A DNA stretch of 64,000 nt from Camelus ferus (taxonomy: Eukaryota): contig NC_045697.1 of assembly GCF_009834535.1 (NCBI RefSeq), positions 60,328,001 to 60,392,000 on the forward strand, written 5' to 3'. The position numbers were made by a program, and so were the translations under genes. Under the pieces are notes generated by a model. The model had not been told where the DNA came from and did no database searches. It worked only from the letters and a program-made list of their open reading frames with translations. Below, one piece after another: positions 25,137-38,500 of the stretch (positions are counted from its first letter, which is position 1; each line of letters starts with the position of its first letter).

Positions 25137-28069
25137 ATAATGCTGTAATAAACATGGGGATGCATATACTTTTATAATTAGTGTTTTAATTTTCTTCAGA
25201 TAAATACCGAGAAGTGGAACTACAAGATCATATGGTAGTTCTATTTTCAGACGTTTGAGAAAGTTTCGTAGTGTTTCCATTAGTGACTGCACAAATTTAC
25301 ATTTCCAACAACAGTACCCAAGGGCTCTCTTTTCTCCATATCCTTGCCAGCATTTGTTATGGCTTGTCTTTTTGATCATAGCTATGTTAACAAGTGTGAA
25401 CTGATATCCTCTTTGGGTTTTGATTTGCATTTCCCTGATGACTGCTGATGTTGAGCATCTTTTCATGTACCTATTGGCCATCTGTATGCCTTCTTTGGAA
25501 AAATGTCTATTCAGACACTTTGCCCATTTTTTAATCAGATTGTTGTTCTGCTGTTGAGTTGTATGAGTTCTTTATGTATTTTAGATTATTAGCCTCTTAT
25601 CAAATAAATGATTTGCAAATATTTTCTCTCCTTTAGTAGGTTGCCTTTTTATCCTTTTGATGGATTCCTTTGCTGCACAGAAGCTTTTTAGTTTGATGTA
25701 GCCCTACTTGTTTATTTTTGCTTTCATTTCTTTTGGTGTCAGATTGAAAAAATCATTGCCAAGACCTAGGTCAAGGAACTTACCACCTGTGTTTCCTTAT
25801 AGGATTTTTTTATGGTTTCATGCTTAACATTCAAGTCTAATTCATTTTTAGTTAATTTTTGTATATGGTGTAATATAATGGTCCAGTTTCATTGTTTTGC
25901 ATGTGGCTTTCCAGTTTTCCCATCACCATTTGTTGAAGAGACTGTCCCTTCCTTATTTTATATTCTGAGCTCCTTTGCAGTAAATTGGTTGACAATATAT
26001 GAGTGGGTTTATTTCTGAACTCTCTATTCTTGTCTAATGATCTATGAGTCTGTTTTTTTATGCCAATACCACACTATTTTAATTACTATAGCTTTTTAAT
26101 ACAATTTTAAATTAGAGAGCATGATGCATCCAGCATTGTTTTACCTTCTCTAGATTGTTTTGGCTATTCAGGCCTTTTATGATTCCATACAATTTAGGAC
26201 TACTTGTTCTATTTCTGTAAACGAACAAACAAAAAATGCCATTGGAATTTTGATAGGGATTGCATTGAATCTGTATATTGCTTTAGGTAGTGTGGCCATT
26301 TTAACAATACTGATTCTTCCAATTCATGAGCATAGAATACATTTCCATTTATTTGTGACTTTTTCAATTTATTTCATTAATGTCTTATAGTTTTCTATAT
26401 ACAGATCTTTTATCTTGTTGGTTAAATTTATTCCTAGGTATTTTGTTCTTTTTGATGCAGTTATAAATTAGATTAGTTTTTAAGTTTCTCTGAGAGTTCA
26501 TTCTTATTTTATAGAAATGTAACAGATTGCTGTGTATTTATTTTGTATCTTTAAACTTTACCACATTTGTTTATTAGTTCTAAGAGTTTTCTGATGGAGT
26601 CTTTAGGCTTTTTTAATGTGTAATACTGAGTTATCTCCAAACAGTGACAGTTTTACTTCTTCCTTTCCAATTTGGATGCCTTATTTCTTTCTTTTGCCTA
26701 ATTGTTCTGGCTGGATTTCTAATACTATGTGAATAATAGTGGTGAGAGTGGGAATCCTTGTCTTGTTCCTGATCTTAGAGCAAATGCTTTCAGATTTCAC
26801 TGTTGAGTATAAAGTTAGCTGTGGGCTTGTCATATATAGCCTTTATTATTTTGAGGTATGTTCACTCTGTACCTACTTTGTTGAGAGTTTTTATCAAAAA
26901 TGGATGTTGAATTTTGTCAAATGTTTTTTCTGCATCTTTAAAATAATCTTATGATTTTTATTCTTCATTTTATCAATGTGGTGTAATGCACTTACTGATT
27001 TGCAGATGTTGAACCTTCCTTGCATTTCTGGAATTAATCCTACTTGATCGTGGTGTATGAGTCTTTCAATTAATTCTTGAAAATTTTAATTTCAAATTTA
27101 AGTTTATTTCAAATCGTTATACTTCTAAATTAGGAAAATTTGATAATTTAAAAGTAAATCATGTTTTTTATACTTCTACTTAGTCCATATAAATACTTAG
27201 TTTGAGTGGCTATGTGTGCATTTGTACTGTGTATAGATTTGAGGAATTTGCACCTGAGTTAACTGATTCATTTTGTGATATTATAGACAAAAGGAACAAA
27301 TTAGTGAAAAATTCAGATGAAAATCTCTGTGTTTGAATAGCTTACATTTGTAGTGGAGAAAGGCATAAAGAAATAAGTAAATATATAGCAAAATCAAACA
27401 ATGAAGAGGGGAATAGGAGACTGGAAGTAATGCAACTTTAAATAGTATCATGAGGAATGCAACTCAAAAGGTGACATTTGAGTAATAGTCAGAAGATAGT
27501 GACTAAGCAAGAAATTGTGATAACTTTTAGTTTTACATTAAGTAATGTAAAGAGGCATTAGAAGATTTTGAAAGAGTGATGACATAATCTGCCTTATGCT
27601 ATATAAGTATCACTTTGGCTGTTCCATGGGTAATATTTAAACATACTTGTAGATAATGTATTTATGGCTACATAATGTAAAAATATTCCCTTGAACAGCT
27701 CACCCCAACATTTAACTTGCCATTTCATTATATTAAACACTTGACTTACTCACCACATATTTTAATCAATAGCCAAAACTTCCTAGATACTAAATATTTG
27801 CAAGAAACATCCCATTTTAAATATTAATTATCCTTTGGCCTACTAATCTCTATTACTTTAATAAAACAAGAAACCAGAAAACATTGAATTGATTCCTACT
27901 ATCCCCTGAAATGTTTTTTGCAAATTCAGAACATAGTGCTATGCTCTTAATTTTATTAAGGGTGTAGAAAAATGGCCCATTTGAATAGAATTTGTGAGAT
28001 TTTTGCAAAATTATAATTAAAAGCTGTTTAAGCAGGTCAGGGTGGGGAATAAACGCCAACCTTGTGATG

Positions 28070-28855
28070 TAGGTGTGCATGTTAGATTGTGGAGGGAGGA
28101 AAAAGATAAATACAACAGATAAAAATATTATGTTGAACTAGGGATAGGTGGTTCAAATTTAAGATAGAGGGGCCAGGAAAAGCCTTATTTATTTTGTTTG
28201 ATTTATTTTTTATTGAAGTATAGTTAATTTACAATTTTGTGTTAGTTTTGGTGTACAGAAAAGTGATTTAAGTTTTTATATATATGTATATAAATATATA
28301 TTTATATACATATATTATATATATATTTATATACATATATTACATATATATAAACTCTTCTTCATATTCCTTTCCATTATAGTTTATTACAAGATACTGA
28401 ATATAGTTCCTGGCACTATTACAGAGTAGGACCTTGTTGTTTATCTCTTTTATACATAATGTTTGTATCTGCTGATCCCAAACTCCTAGTTTACCTCCCC
28501 TTCCTGCTTTGATAACCATAGGTTACTAGTGCACTCTCATCACTTCTACTCAACATAGGAAAGGCTCACTTAAAGAGTGACATTTGGATGAAAACCTGGA
28601 AAAATGAGAGACTGAACAGGTAGAACAAGTAGATGTAAATGAAAATAGAAATGCAGGCAAAGAAATGCCCTCAAGAAAGAGCTGTCCTGAAGTGTTGTAA
28701 ACACTTTGAGGAAGCCAGTGAGTTGGAGGTAACGTTGAAAGAAGGGGGGTGAGAGCCATAGGAGGCTGAATAATTATTGGAAATTTAATGCGGACAAGTC
28801 ATCCGGGAACTTACAAGATTTTGGCTTTTACTATTAAGTGGAAAATCATTAGTGA
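28070..28855 (-). mobile_element. L2 split by a younger L1
   Basis: ggccaggaaaagcc...gtgacatttggatgaaaacctg...gaggaagccagtgagttggag...ttttggcttttact. Confidence 0.7.
28186..28556 (-). mobile_element. Truncated cetartiodactyl-type L1 3' end with an internal (TA)n tract
   Basis: tttattgaagtatagttaatttacaat...ttattacaagatactgaatatagttcc...ataaccata. Confidence 0.85.
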
Positions 28856-28859
28856 TTAT

Positions 28860-29231
28860 TGCCGATGTAATTGGTTACGATGAGGTCATACTGGAATAGA
28901 GTGGATCCTTAAGCCGACATGACTGTTGTCCTTATTTAGAGGAGAAATTTAGAGACAGATACATACACAGGGAGAATGCCTTGTGACAATGAAAGCAGAG
29001 GCTTGGATGATGCAGCCAAAGGAAAGGAACAACAAAGATTGCCAGCAAAACATTAGAAGCTAGAAAAGAGGGATAGAACACATTTCTCCCTCACAGCCTG
29101 CAGAAGGAGGAACTCTGCTGATGCCTTGATCTCACCTTTCAAGCCTCTAGAACTGTGAGACAATAGATTTCTCTTGTTTAATCCACATATTTTGTGGTAC
29201 TTTGTTACGGTAGTCCTAGACAAGTAACACA
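28860..29231 (+). mobile_element. MLT1C-like MaLR LTR
   Basis: gatgaggtcatactgga...gcctctagaactgtgagacaatagatttct...gtggtactttgttacgg...taacaca. Confidence 0.9.
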
Positions 29232-32200
29232 GATGGTAAATAGTAGTTATCTCTAGACAGAAAAATGATGACAAATTTTAATTTTCTGATCTGTGTTACT
29301 TTGTTAAATTTTCTAAGACTAATATATAGTACTTTTTAAATAACCAATATATGATAAAAGTTATACATACATCTTTATTTCATAATTTAGAAAATTAATC
29401 ATGAGATATACTGATTATAGTTCATTTAGGGCCACCATGTGAATTACTATTTTGACAGTTTTTATAAATGAAAGAAAAACTCTAACACAAGGCCATAGCT
29501 CTTTGATTTGAACTAAAGTGAGTGGGAATTGTTACTGGGACTGAGCCTATAGCCATGAATGATGTTGGGAGCAAAGAGACTCCACAAAGAATGAGAGTTC
29601 AAATTCCATAATAAACATTGTCATGGCTCAAAGCAGGATCTAGTAAACCAAGCTACAAGAGACTTCTTCATTTCATATGCATGGCAAACATATTGGCCTT
29701 AAAATGGGCTCATTTTGATTTCTTATGTATGATTAAGAGAGGGGAGAAGTCAGGTTTTCCAACACAGTGCGGCACAACTTCATGTGGACTTTGTCTTACT
29801 ACTGACTGTTTAAAAAATAAAATGGATGGACCAAAGCTTTTGTGTAAATGGGACAGCCAGAAAACAGTGAAATGGGGATATCATAGGAAACTTATATCAT
29901 ATTCTTATTCACAAAGATTTTTTATTAATCCTTTGATCTAATGACGCAACACTAGTCAGTGTAGCAGACACAGGCATTGCTACAAATAAAAACATATAAG
30001 TTAAGTCCTACAGCAGGAAATACTATCTATATGATCATATATAAGTGCAAATAAAAGTAGTAGAATTATATCCTTATGAAGATCGTATGTTATTGGGCAT
30101 GTTGACTAAGATTTGGTAATTTAATGTAGTAATTTGACAACTTGCTGCACATTTTTATGTATATTGATTAAATAATGATATGACCAACTAGCATTTTTCT
30201 TTTTTATAAACCTGAAGAAAACACTCAGTGATGGTTATAATCATTCCTCTTTAAAGGTTATTCATTTTAATTTATTCAAAGTTTAGCAAATCATCACTGT
30301 TCCTATCTTGTGTTTGCACTGTTTAATCATAAAATATACAGCTCTAGTCCTTGGAGTTGTTGTGAAGCACCCTTACAGCTCTTTAGCAGGCTCTCTGGTG
30401 GCTTTTACTGGCTCTGTTTTGTTTACTTGCCTCTTTGGAGAACCTCCAGCTAGCAGCTGACTGCGTAGCCTTCTATACTGGCTTTGGTTATTCTGAAGGA
30501 AATCAATATCGTAAAGGTTACATTACTTGGCCCTCATTTTAGCATTACTTTAAATCAAAGAAAGCAACCAAGAAATAGGGTTTAATATTAAGGTCTCCTT
30601 ACCAAACATCTTGTGGAAAAAGCTTTGTTCAGGCTTACCATCCAGATACTTCAGTGGTAATTGTAAGAAACAGAACTAAAATTTCTAGTTTCAAGGCTGG
30701 TTTATATGTTCTTCCCACCAGTCTTGCCTCAGCTGCTGAACTGGACAAATTCAAGTTATGACTGATGCAACTGATTCTGAAATTAATTTGATTTAATTAA
30801 TTAATATACAATGATTAATTCAGGGATTATGAGTAATCACCATGGGAGGCAGAAAAGAAGACAAAGCTAAAAAGAGAAAAGGAGAAATTTTAAAGACCTA
30901 AAAACTCCTTTTGAACAAGTGCATTGATTCAGATAGTGGTGTCCTCCTTAATGTCTTCATTTTCTGAATTAAAAAAAAAAATTCCCTCAAATGTAAAGCT
31001 AAGTACATACTGTTGTGAATGGTGAAATGGTGTGTTACTGTTACCTGGAGTTACAGCATTTTCCTGACCTTCTCAAAAAAAAAAAAAAAAAAAAGTCATC
31101 TTGTCCTGGAGAGCTTAAGAGCACTAGAATTTCATCTTTTGTCTATTGTATTAGGACATGAGTCACAGAGCTAGAACAGCAATTAAAAATTGACAATGCA
31201 TTTTAGAGCAGAAATTTGCCCTCATCTATACCCTTGGCTTTCACAACAGCAGTGCTATGCTTGCAGGACGACTCAGGTTTGTAGATTATTTTATGTTGCA
31301 AATTACTTTCAGCTCACAATTCATTAAGAGGAACCAACTGTTTCTAAAGGAAATAAGAAAAGCAAAGCAACCAATCAACAGCTATTTCCACCTGCTGGTG
31401 TCTGATTACTTATTCATTCAGTGACCAAAGCTGACTGGTCTGTAACTTAGAAAGTCCTCTAGTCATGCTTGTCTCCATGCTAGCCAATGCTCAGCATTCA
31501 GATTACTTCTTTATTGCATTGAGCATTGAGCAAACTTCTTCCAGCTATTTTATTTGTTTTCACCTCCTCATTACCCATAAACCTCCAAGATTAGAAACAC
31601 AATGCCTTATTACACAGTATATCACTGGAACATTCCCTCTCCCTAAAGGGAAATATTTGCTGTTGTTAAAATGCATCCTCAGGGCTCCATAGTACTGAAT
31701 ATCTCACAGAAAACTCTAAGGTTCTATTATGTGCATGATATACTCTCAAGAAAAAGTGCAGAGTGGAGATGATTATTGGTTACCGATTCTTTAGATATTA
31801 TTCTCATTTCATAAATATATCCAAAGGAAATAAAGAATCTTTGCACTTTGAAAAAAGTATATAGTGCATTAAACATATTAAATCAGCATAAGAAATTATT
31901 GGTATATATTAATCAGCTAGAGTGAGAGTTTGATGTTAAATTTAAATAGATTCATCTAGCTAGAATATTAATATCATTATAACAAGAATAATAAATTATC
32001 TGTTATCTTCAGTGGCAGGAAAATGTGGTATTATAATTAATCAAATATTTGGATTAATGCTATTGTGCATATCATGGTTTTTTCAATCCAAATACAGCAT
32101 ATTAAAAGTGTTGTTAAAATCATGCTGCAAGGAATTTAACAGATAATGAGTCAGATAGCATCAAGGTGTTCACATTATCATCATTCTAAATAAATGCTGA

Positions 32201-33119
32201 AATTCTAGTTAATAGAGTTCTGATGACTGTAATATTGGATGAAAGAGAAATAAAGGAAATATCCACATGTACCAGTGCTAAGCATTGAAATTTCAAAACC
32301 ATGATTGTATCAGCCACTCTCTTAAGGAGTCCAGTGAAAGTCACTTATTCACTCATTTGTCAGTTATTCATTGAACATCAGTAATGGGACAGTCAGTTGA
32401 GTAAGGCTATAAATACAATAATGAACAAGACACAGTCAAGTCCTCAAGAAACAAAAAGTCTAAAGGGCAATTGAAGCAGGTAAGTATATAACCTGTCATG
32501 TAAAGGGCTCTTGTCACAGTCTGCAGTGTCATAAATTCATGCAGCCATCAGAAGGGAAAGTTAGGCAGCCTGGACAGTAAGGACCATGGACCAGAACAGA
32601 AGCAGCATATCCAGAGAAAACAGTGGAGTTTTACAGTTAGGCAATTTCAGAGTACAAAAGGTTGATGTCATAAATTACAAACTATTTAACTATATTCATC
32701 TTAAAATATAACATAATTAGAAAAAATAGCTAAATTACATTGGAGCAATATAATCCTATGGACATCAAGGAAATAATTACTTGCTTCAGGCCTTGTAATA
32801 TCTCATAAAAATAAATTCTATAAATTTTGTAGCAAAAAAGAAAAAGAAAAAAAAAGTTGCATTTTATACCTTTTGTTAGTTCTGATAGTGGAGATGGATA
32901 AGGAGGAGATGGATATCTCTAGCTCCTGATCTCAGACTACAGTTCCTTGAATAGCTTTCTGAAGTGACTACTCAGTAATAAGAAGTTTACCAGGGGCACT
33001 CTAACAAAATACAGTTTATTACTACTTAGACAGAGGCTGTGGGGAAAACATCCTAATAGTAAGACTGAAGGTTGTAAATTAGAATGTGGGCACAGGGCCT
33101 ATAGATAGCACTCTGTCTA

Positions 33120-33425
33120 CATCATTTTATCATTTATTCATTATATATATATTACACACACACACACACAATTTTGTAGTCGCTAGGAACACTGCGGAGT
33201 AATGAAAAACACAGGCCAGGCCTTATCTCTGCCTTTATGGAATTTACACCCTATTGGATTATAAGCTTTTTACAGTGAGCCTCAGTTTAGAGATATCTGA
33301 AGTGGTAAAATATATTCAATTTGTGTCAACTCACCAACTGCAGGAGTTGTGTATAAGGTTATAGGGAACTTTCATAGCAAACACAAGGAGGGGATAGTCA
33401 GTGAAAGGCAGTCTGAATGCATATT
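33120..33425 (-). mobile_element. L2 fragment with a small (CA)n
   Basis: ctaggaacactg...tctctgcctttatggaatttaca. Confidence 0.55.
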
Positions 33426-33459
33426 TTGTTTGTTCTTGGTCAGATTAATTGAACTGTCA

Positions 33460-33650
33460 GCATGTATTTACGTTTTGAAATTAGTTGTCAACATTGAAAT
33501 ATTAGGAATTTCATTTTAAAATGAGGATTCTTACATTTTTCTTAAACATTAGAAATTGTTTATATTAGGCCCATGTGATCTTATGGAACCTCTGGGCTCT
33601 TACTGGATGGTGTCTACCTCAAGAGTTGGAGCAAGGGAATAAATTTGCTA
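33460..33650. mobile_element. hAT-Charlie MITE fragment (MER102-like)
   Basis: aattagttgtcaacatt...aggaatttcattttaaaat resembles the recalled MER102 consensus. Confidence 0.5.
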
Positions 33651-33669
33651 TGCCAAAATTTATGTTTTA

Positions 33670-34210
33670 AAAAAACCTAAGTTTTAGAGTAGTTTTAGAT
33701 TCACAGCAAAATTAAGATTAAGATACAGATATTTCCCATATACTCCCTACCCCTCCCCACATGCAGAGCTTCCACCATTATCAACACTACAACCTCTAAC
33801 CCCCAGAGTGATACATATGTTGTAACATATAAGCCTACATTGATGGATTACAATCACCCAAAGTCCATAGTTTACATTATGGTTCACTCTTGGTGTTGCA
33901 CATTCTGTGAGTTTGGACAAATATATAATAACATTTATCCACTATTATAGTATCATGCAAAGTATTTTCACTGTACTAAAAATATTCTGGTTTCTACCTA
34001 TTCATCCTTCTTCCATCCAAACCCCAGCAACCACTGAGCTAGTCACCATCTCCATAATTTTACTCTTTCCTGAAACTCATCTGTTGGAATCATACAACTT
34101 TTTCAAGTTGGCTTCTTTCACTTTAGTAGTATGCATTTAAGGTTCCTCCATGTCTTTTCATGGTTTGATAGTTCATTTCCTTTTAGCACTGAAGAATACT
34201 CCATTGTCTA
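33670..34210 (-). mobile_element. L1MC1-like 3' end
   Basis: gttttagattcacagcaaaatt...atcacccaaagtccatagtttacatta...ggtgttgcacattctgtgagtttggacaaat. Confidence 0.9.
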
Positions 34211-34706
34211 TCTTTGTCCTGGAATTATTAGGAAATGAGAAAAGTTATGGCTTCTATATTCAATACCACTCAAGTTTTAGCTTCGGTCTTATTTATTCTG
34301 TCTTTTTATTTATAGTTAATTTTGTTATGTCTTGTAAGTTCAAAATGTTTTTAAATGTTTGATATAATTTATCTAGCACTTATGTTTTCATTGATTTTAT
34401 TTTCTGTAATATCTATACTACCATGCTTACAGGAGTGGTGTTCTGTAATATTGAAGATTTTTTCCTCAAAATTTTTGCTTACTACTTCTTACCTACAGAA
34501 GTATATAAAACAGAAATACTAACTCAATAATAAATTTATGCCAAATTAATACTCTCTTGATAATTAATAAAATGTTGATATTTTAATCAAGTATTAGGAA
34601 TCAATAATTAATTTTAGTTAAATATTAAAAATCAATAAAAGACTTCTATTATTGACATTTATGGACAAGTTATAATGCTGCATTGACATTTTTACAGAGT
34701 TACAAG

Positions 34707-34711
<5 letters not shown>

Positions 34712-34772
<61 letters not shown>
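34712..34772. repeat. (TA)n microsatellite, about 30 units
   Basis: Read directly from the sequence. Confidence 0.98.
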
Positions 34773-34775
<3 letters not shown>

Positions 34776-35302
34776 TCACAACCAAAATAAGCTATCTTTC
34801 TAAATCTGTAGAAATTGACCCATTTAGACAATAAAATCTTCAATGAAATTTGAATGCATATCAAAATGTTCCTTAAATGAGCACATTTGGCAAGCAACAG
34901 TATAATTTAGAAAGATAGACAGTAAAGTAATAGTATGTAGTAGCAATGGACAGAGTATTAGTTATTTCCTGAATGCTTAGACAAACTAGAAGGATCCCAA
35001 CATTATTCCTAGTTAATAAGATGCAAGCATGAAAAAACTCTCACTGTTGACATACTTTTGTAACATACAAAAAGCTCAGGTTTAAGTCTACTTTGTATAA
35101 GGACAGAAAAACAATCTTTTTCAAGCACATATCTGTGCCCATGTGGTATTTGAATTCTGAAATAAGTTTATCAAATGAAAATCCTTTGAGATTTTTTTCC
35201 TATTTTTAAATAGAATTTTTAAGTCTTCCTTTTAATATAGCTAGATTCTTCTCTGTATTTTTTCATGAAATATAATATGTAATATTTTGAAAACACATTT
35301 TT

Positions 35303-35574
35303 TATTGAGTTATAGTCATTTTACAATGTTGTGTCAAATTCCAGTATACAGCACAATTTTTCAGTTATACATGAACATACATATATTCATTGTCACATTT
35401 TTTTCACTGTGAGCTACCACAAGATCTTGTATATATTTCCCTGTACTATACCGTATAATATTGTTTATCTCTGCTACATGTGCCTGTCAGTATCTACAAA
35501 TTTTGAACACTCATTCTATCCCTTCCCACCCCACGTTGACAACCACAAGTATGTATTCTATGTCTATGAACCTG
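35303..35574 (-). mobile_element. Young truncated L1 3' end with a perfect 16-bp TSD
   Basis: TSD ttgaaaacacattttt at 35287-35302 and 35575-35590; body ...acaatgttgtgtcaaattccagtatacagc. Confidence 0.9.
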
Positions 35575-38500
35575 TTGAAAACACATTTTTACAAAATGTT
35601 CTTAAATATAATGAAAATGTATTATGAGCAGGAAACATGTAAGGCATTCTCACAATTTTCTTCATTTGTTGATGTCCTATTAAGAGTTCTAGACATACCT
35701 CAGTGCCAATACAATAATACTGTAGTATAAATATAAAATTAATTCATGAATGATGATTAACTATAATTAATCTTCAATAGAAAAGTGCTCACAGAATTGT
35801 TTATTGTCATCTTGAGTGTTGCTGGAACCTATCCAAAATGAGTTATTCATACTCGAATTTATTTTCAAAAAGTGTGTAGATGATAGAACTCATTAACAGA
35901 GAATAAGCAGATTCAAATTTAAGAGTTGTGGGAAGTTCTCTAAAGACCTGAAATTGTGTGCAAAACTACAGTCTAGCATATCATAAAAAAAGGCCAGAAA
36001 GCTTTCGTTTTCTTAACAGGGATATTTGAGCAAGACAATTCTGTGTTCTTTAGGACATTAGTGACTCTATTGCCCAGGCAACATAGGCCAGTAGCCTTCC
36101 CCCGTAAACATGAGATAAACTAATGATCCTCAGACCAGCAAAAGCTTCTAGAGAAGCAGTGTAAATCCAGGTTAACAGTAAATAATGGGGATGTACATTC
36201 AGGTTTTGCACTGATGTGATTTATAGGTCCTCTCCGCTCTGACTGTGTGTCATATTCTAAATTTCCTGTATTTTTCCAAACGTATGACCTTCTTCTCATA
36301 GATATCCTCAGACAATCACAAAGTCTTGTGTCATCCATGTTGCATAGTGTTTTGAAGACTAACTTTTGAAGAGGCAGTTCATGTTGAACATGAAATATTT
36401 CTAAAATCGACATGTAAAATTTTACCATTCTTATTACAAGATGATGTTGTTACCATTTTAACATTTTTTTTACCAGTATAGACTTACATTTTTTCTATTA
36501 CTCAATTCTTCAATGCATATATATTGAACAAATTTTTCTATAATTTTCTTAAATTTATTTTTGTCTACAAATTACAACTTTTTGTGTTTTAATTTTGTTA
36601 GCTTAGTTTCTCACATATTTGTATATGTGTGTGTAAAGGAAAGAATTGATTCATGCATGTCATTTAAATGCTTGTAAGGAATTAAATAAAGTACCCTACT
36701 ACTATTATAAATTAAATAATTGATGATTTGTTAACACTTTATGTTCTAGTGTGTTTGGAGATTGTTATATAGCATCAAAAAGAAAAGTCATATGAAATGC
36801 ACGGATATTTGTATAATTTGAAGTATTCAGTTTTATTCAATGTCAGTCTTTTATCCTAGAAAATAATGATTCTATCATACAACTTGCTCATAATACTAAG
36901 AATTTTTAGTTTTAAATGCAAAATAAGCAAAAGAATGATTAAAAATGTATAAAGTACCTAATGCTTGTAGATAATACATGCATGTGAGAATTCAGACCTC
37001 GACAAAGTCATACAGAAAACAAACTCAGTTGTATTGAAATATATCTATATATACTTACATAGATATATATAGTTAAGTAATAAAAATGTCACTACTACAG
37101 ATCAATAAACATTGAATCTATGGCAATTCAGACAACAAAATTCGATGAATGTCATATAGTAGACATATCTACAGTGGACTTTTTTTTTCATTAAGAAAGC
37201 TATACTTTTTATAAATGTTGAGTGTTAGGAGCCATGTATTCAGCTTAGTACTTAAATGAACTGTCTTATTTACCCTCAGAAGGCCACATGGCAATAATCA
37301 TAATATCCCCATTTTTTTCTATAAGGGCAGTGAGGAAACTAGTCTGACACTATCCTTTCAATGTTAAAGATTTTGCCTCAGCTACTAACTACCCCTGTTA
37401 AAAATCATTCTAACCTATTTCTGTCTGATAGTAGTAATCTACCTAGATGAATGTCTTGCTACTATTGTGTACGTATGAATATAAGGCATCAATGGCAGAA
37501 AAATTATCGGTCTATTCTACTGAAACGTGAATTAAACTAAAAAGCATTATCAAAATTTTAATATAGGAGTCAAAAAGGAAGAAAGCAGAACATAAGCTTC
37601 TTTCCCTGTGTATCTGGAAAGAGTTTCAATTAACTTGGACTTGCACGGAGGTGTGAGGACAGACATGCTTTCCAGCTGGAACTGTGTTCTTGAGACCCAT
37701 AGTGCATGTCTATGACTTTATTCACAACTATTTTATGTTTTCAGGGTTTATTTTTTTTGGTAATATAAATGAGCCATAAAAATAATGCAACCATTTTTGT
37801 GTTGTTTCTCAGATATTTTTATAAAATAATAAGTATAAAAATTGTCTAAATAGCTGGATTGCTCCTCCTCATGTAGAATGCAGTTCCAGGAAGCCCAGGT
37901 TTATACCTTGTAAAGGAGAAAACATAGTCTTGAAGTGGAAAGTCCAGAAAAAAAAAGAAGAATGTATACTGCATGGGATAAAAATACTTCCTCCTTTACA
38001 GATATTAAATAGACTTCATTGTGAATCCATTGAGTTATACTACACACACAATTACTGTACACAATTAATTCTAACTAATTAGAATTAATTAGAAAAAGGG
38101 GGCGTATAAGACAGCCTAACCTTGGATATTTCTAGTGGCAAGAAAATTTCTTTCATATTTTTGTTTAATTTTACCTTTCTCAAGTACACAGTTCTTTATG
38201 GTGGAGCAGTACCAGAACATAAAAGGGAGAGTCCTGATTTTGGAGCAGTTGACTCTGTCTTAAAAGCTAAGAAAATGTATCCTTCCTGGTACCAATTGGG
38301 AGCTATTTTCCATAGAAAATATAAGTAAGGGTACTGTGTTCTCAAACTGACTTTATTTTAGTTGATCAAATTGGGGACCTATACAAATATTTTAATTTAG
38401 CAAAACACTAAGGAAACTTCCTTTGAGTTGTTTTACATGTTTCCTTAGTTTTTGTGATACAAGAAATTTGTGAAGCCCCAAAATATCCATTTTTGAATGC

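Larger units (their letters stand above)
24600..27085 (-). mobile_element. L1 (3' UTR and ORF2 3' half, decayed)
   Basis: ORF 25119-25481 translates to the L1 ORF2 C-terminus ([18 protein letters not shown]...IELPYD..PLLGIY); collinear antisense ORF2 continues to ~27085. Confidence 0.95.

Noticed and set aside
25119..25481. 120-aa ORF, the longest in the track
   Set aside because: It is a decayed L1 ORF2 C-terminus running into a nested insertion, not a host gene
29618..29941. 107-aa plus-strand ORF in the repeat-poor region
   Set aside because: Non-ATG start, no recognisable domain and no supporting splice context
36120..36428. 102-aa minus-strand ORF with an acceptor-like tttag near its start
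   Set aside because: No recognisable protein similarity, poor pyrimidine tract and no convincing donor
37640..37950. p53 half-site (agacatgctt), STAT (ttccaggaa) and NF-kB-like motifs
   Set aside because: Isolated short matches expected by chance; no full p53 element
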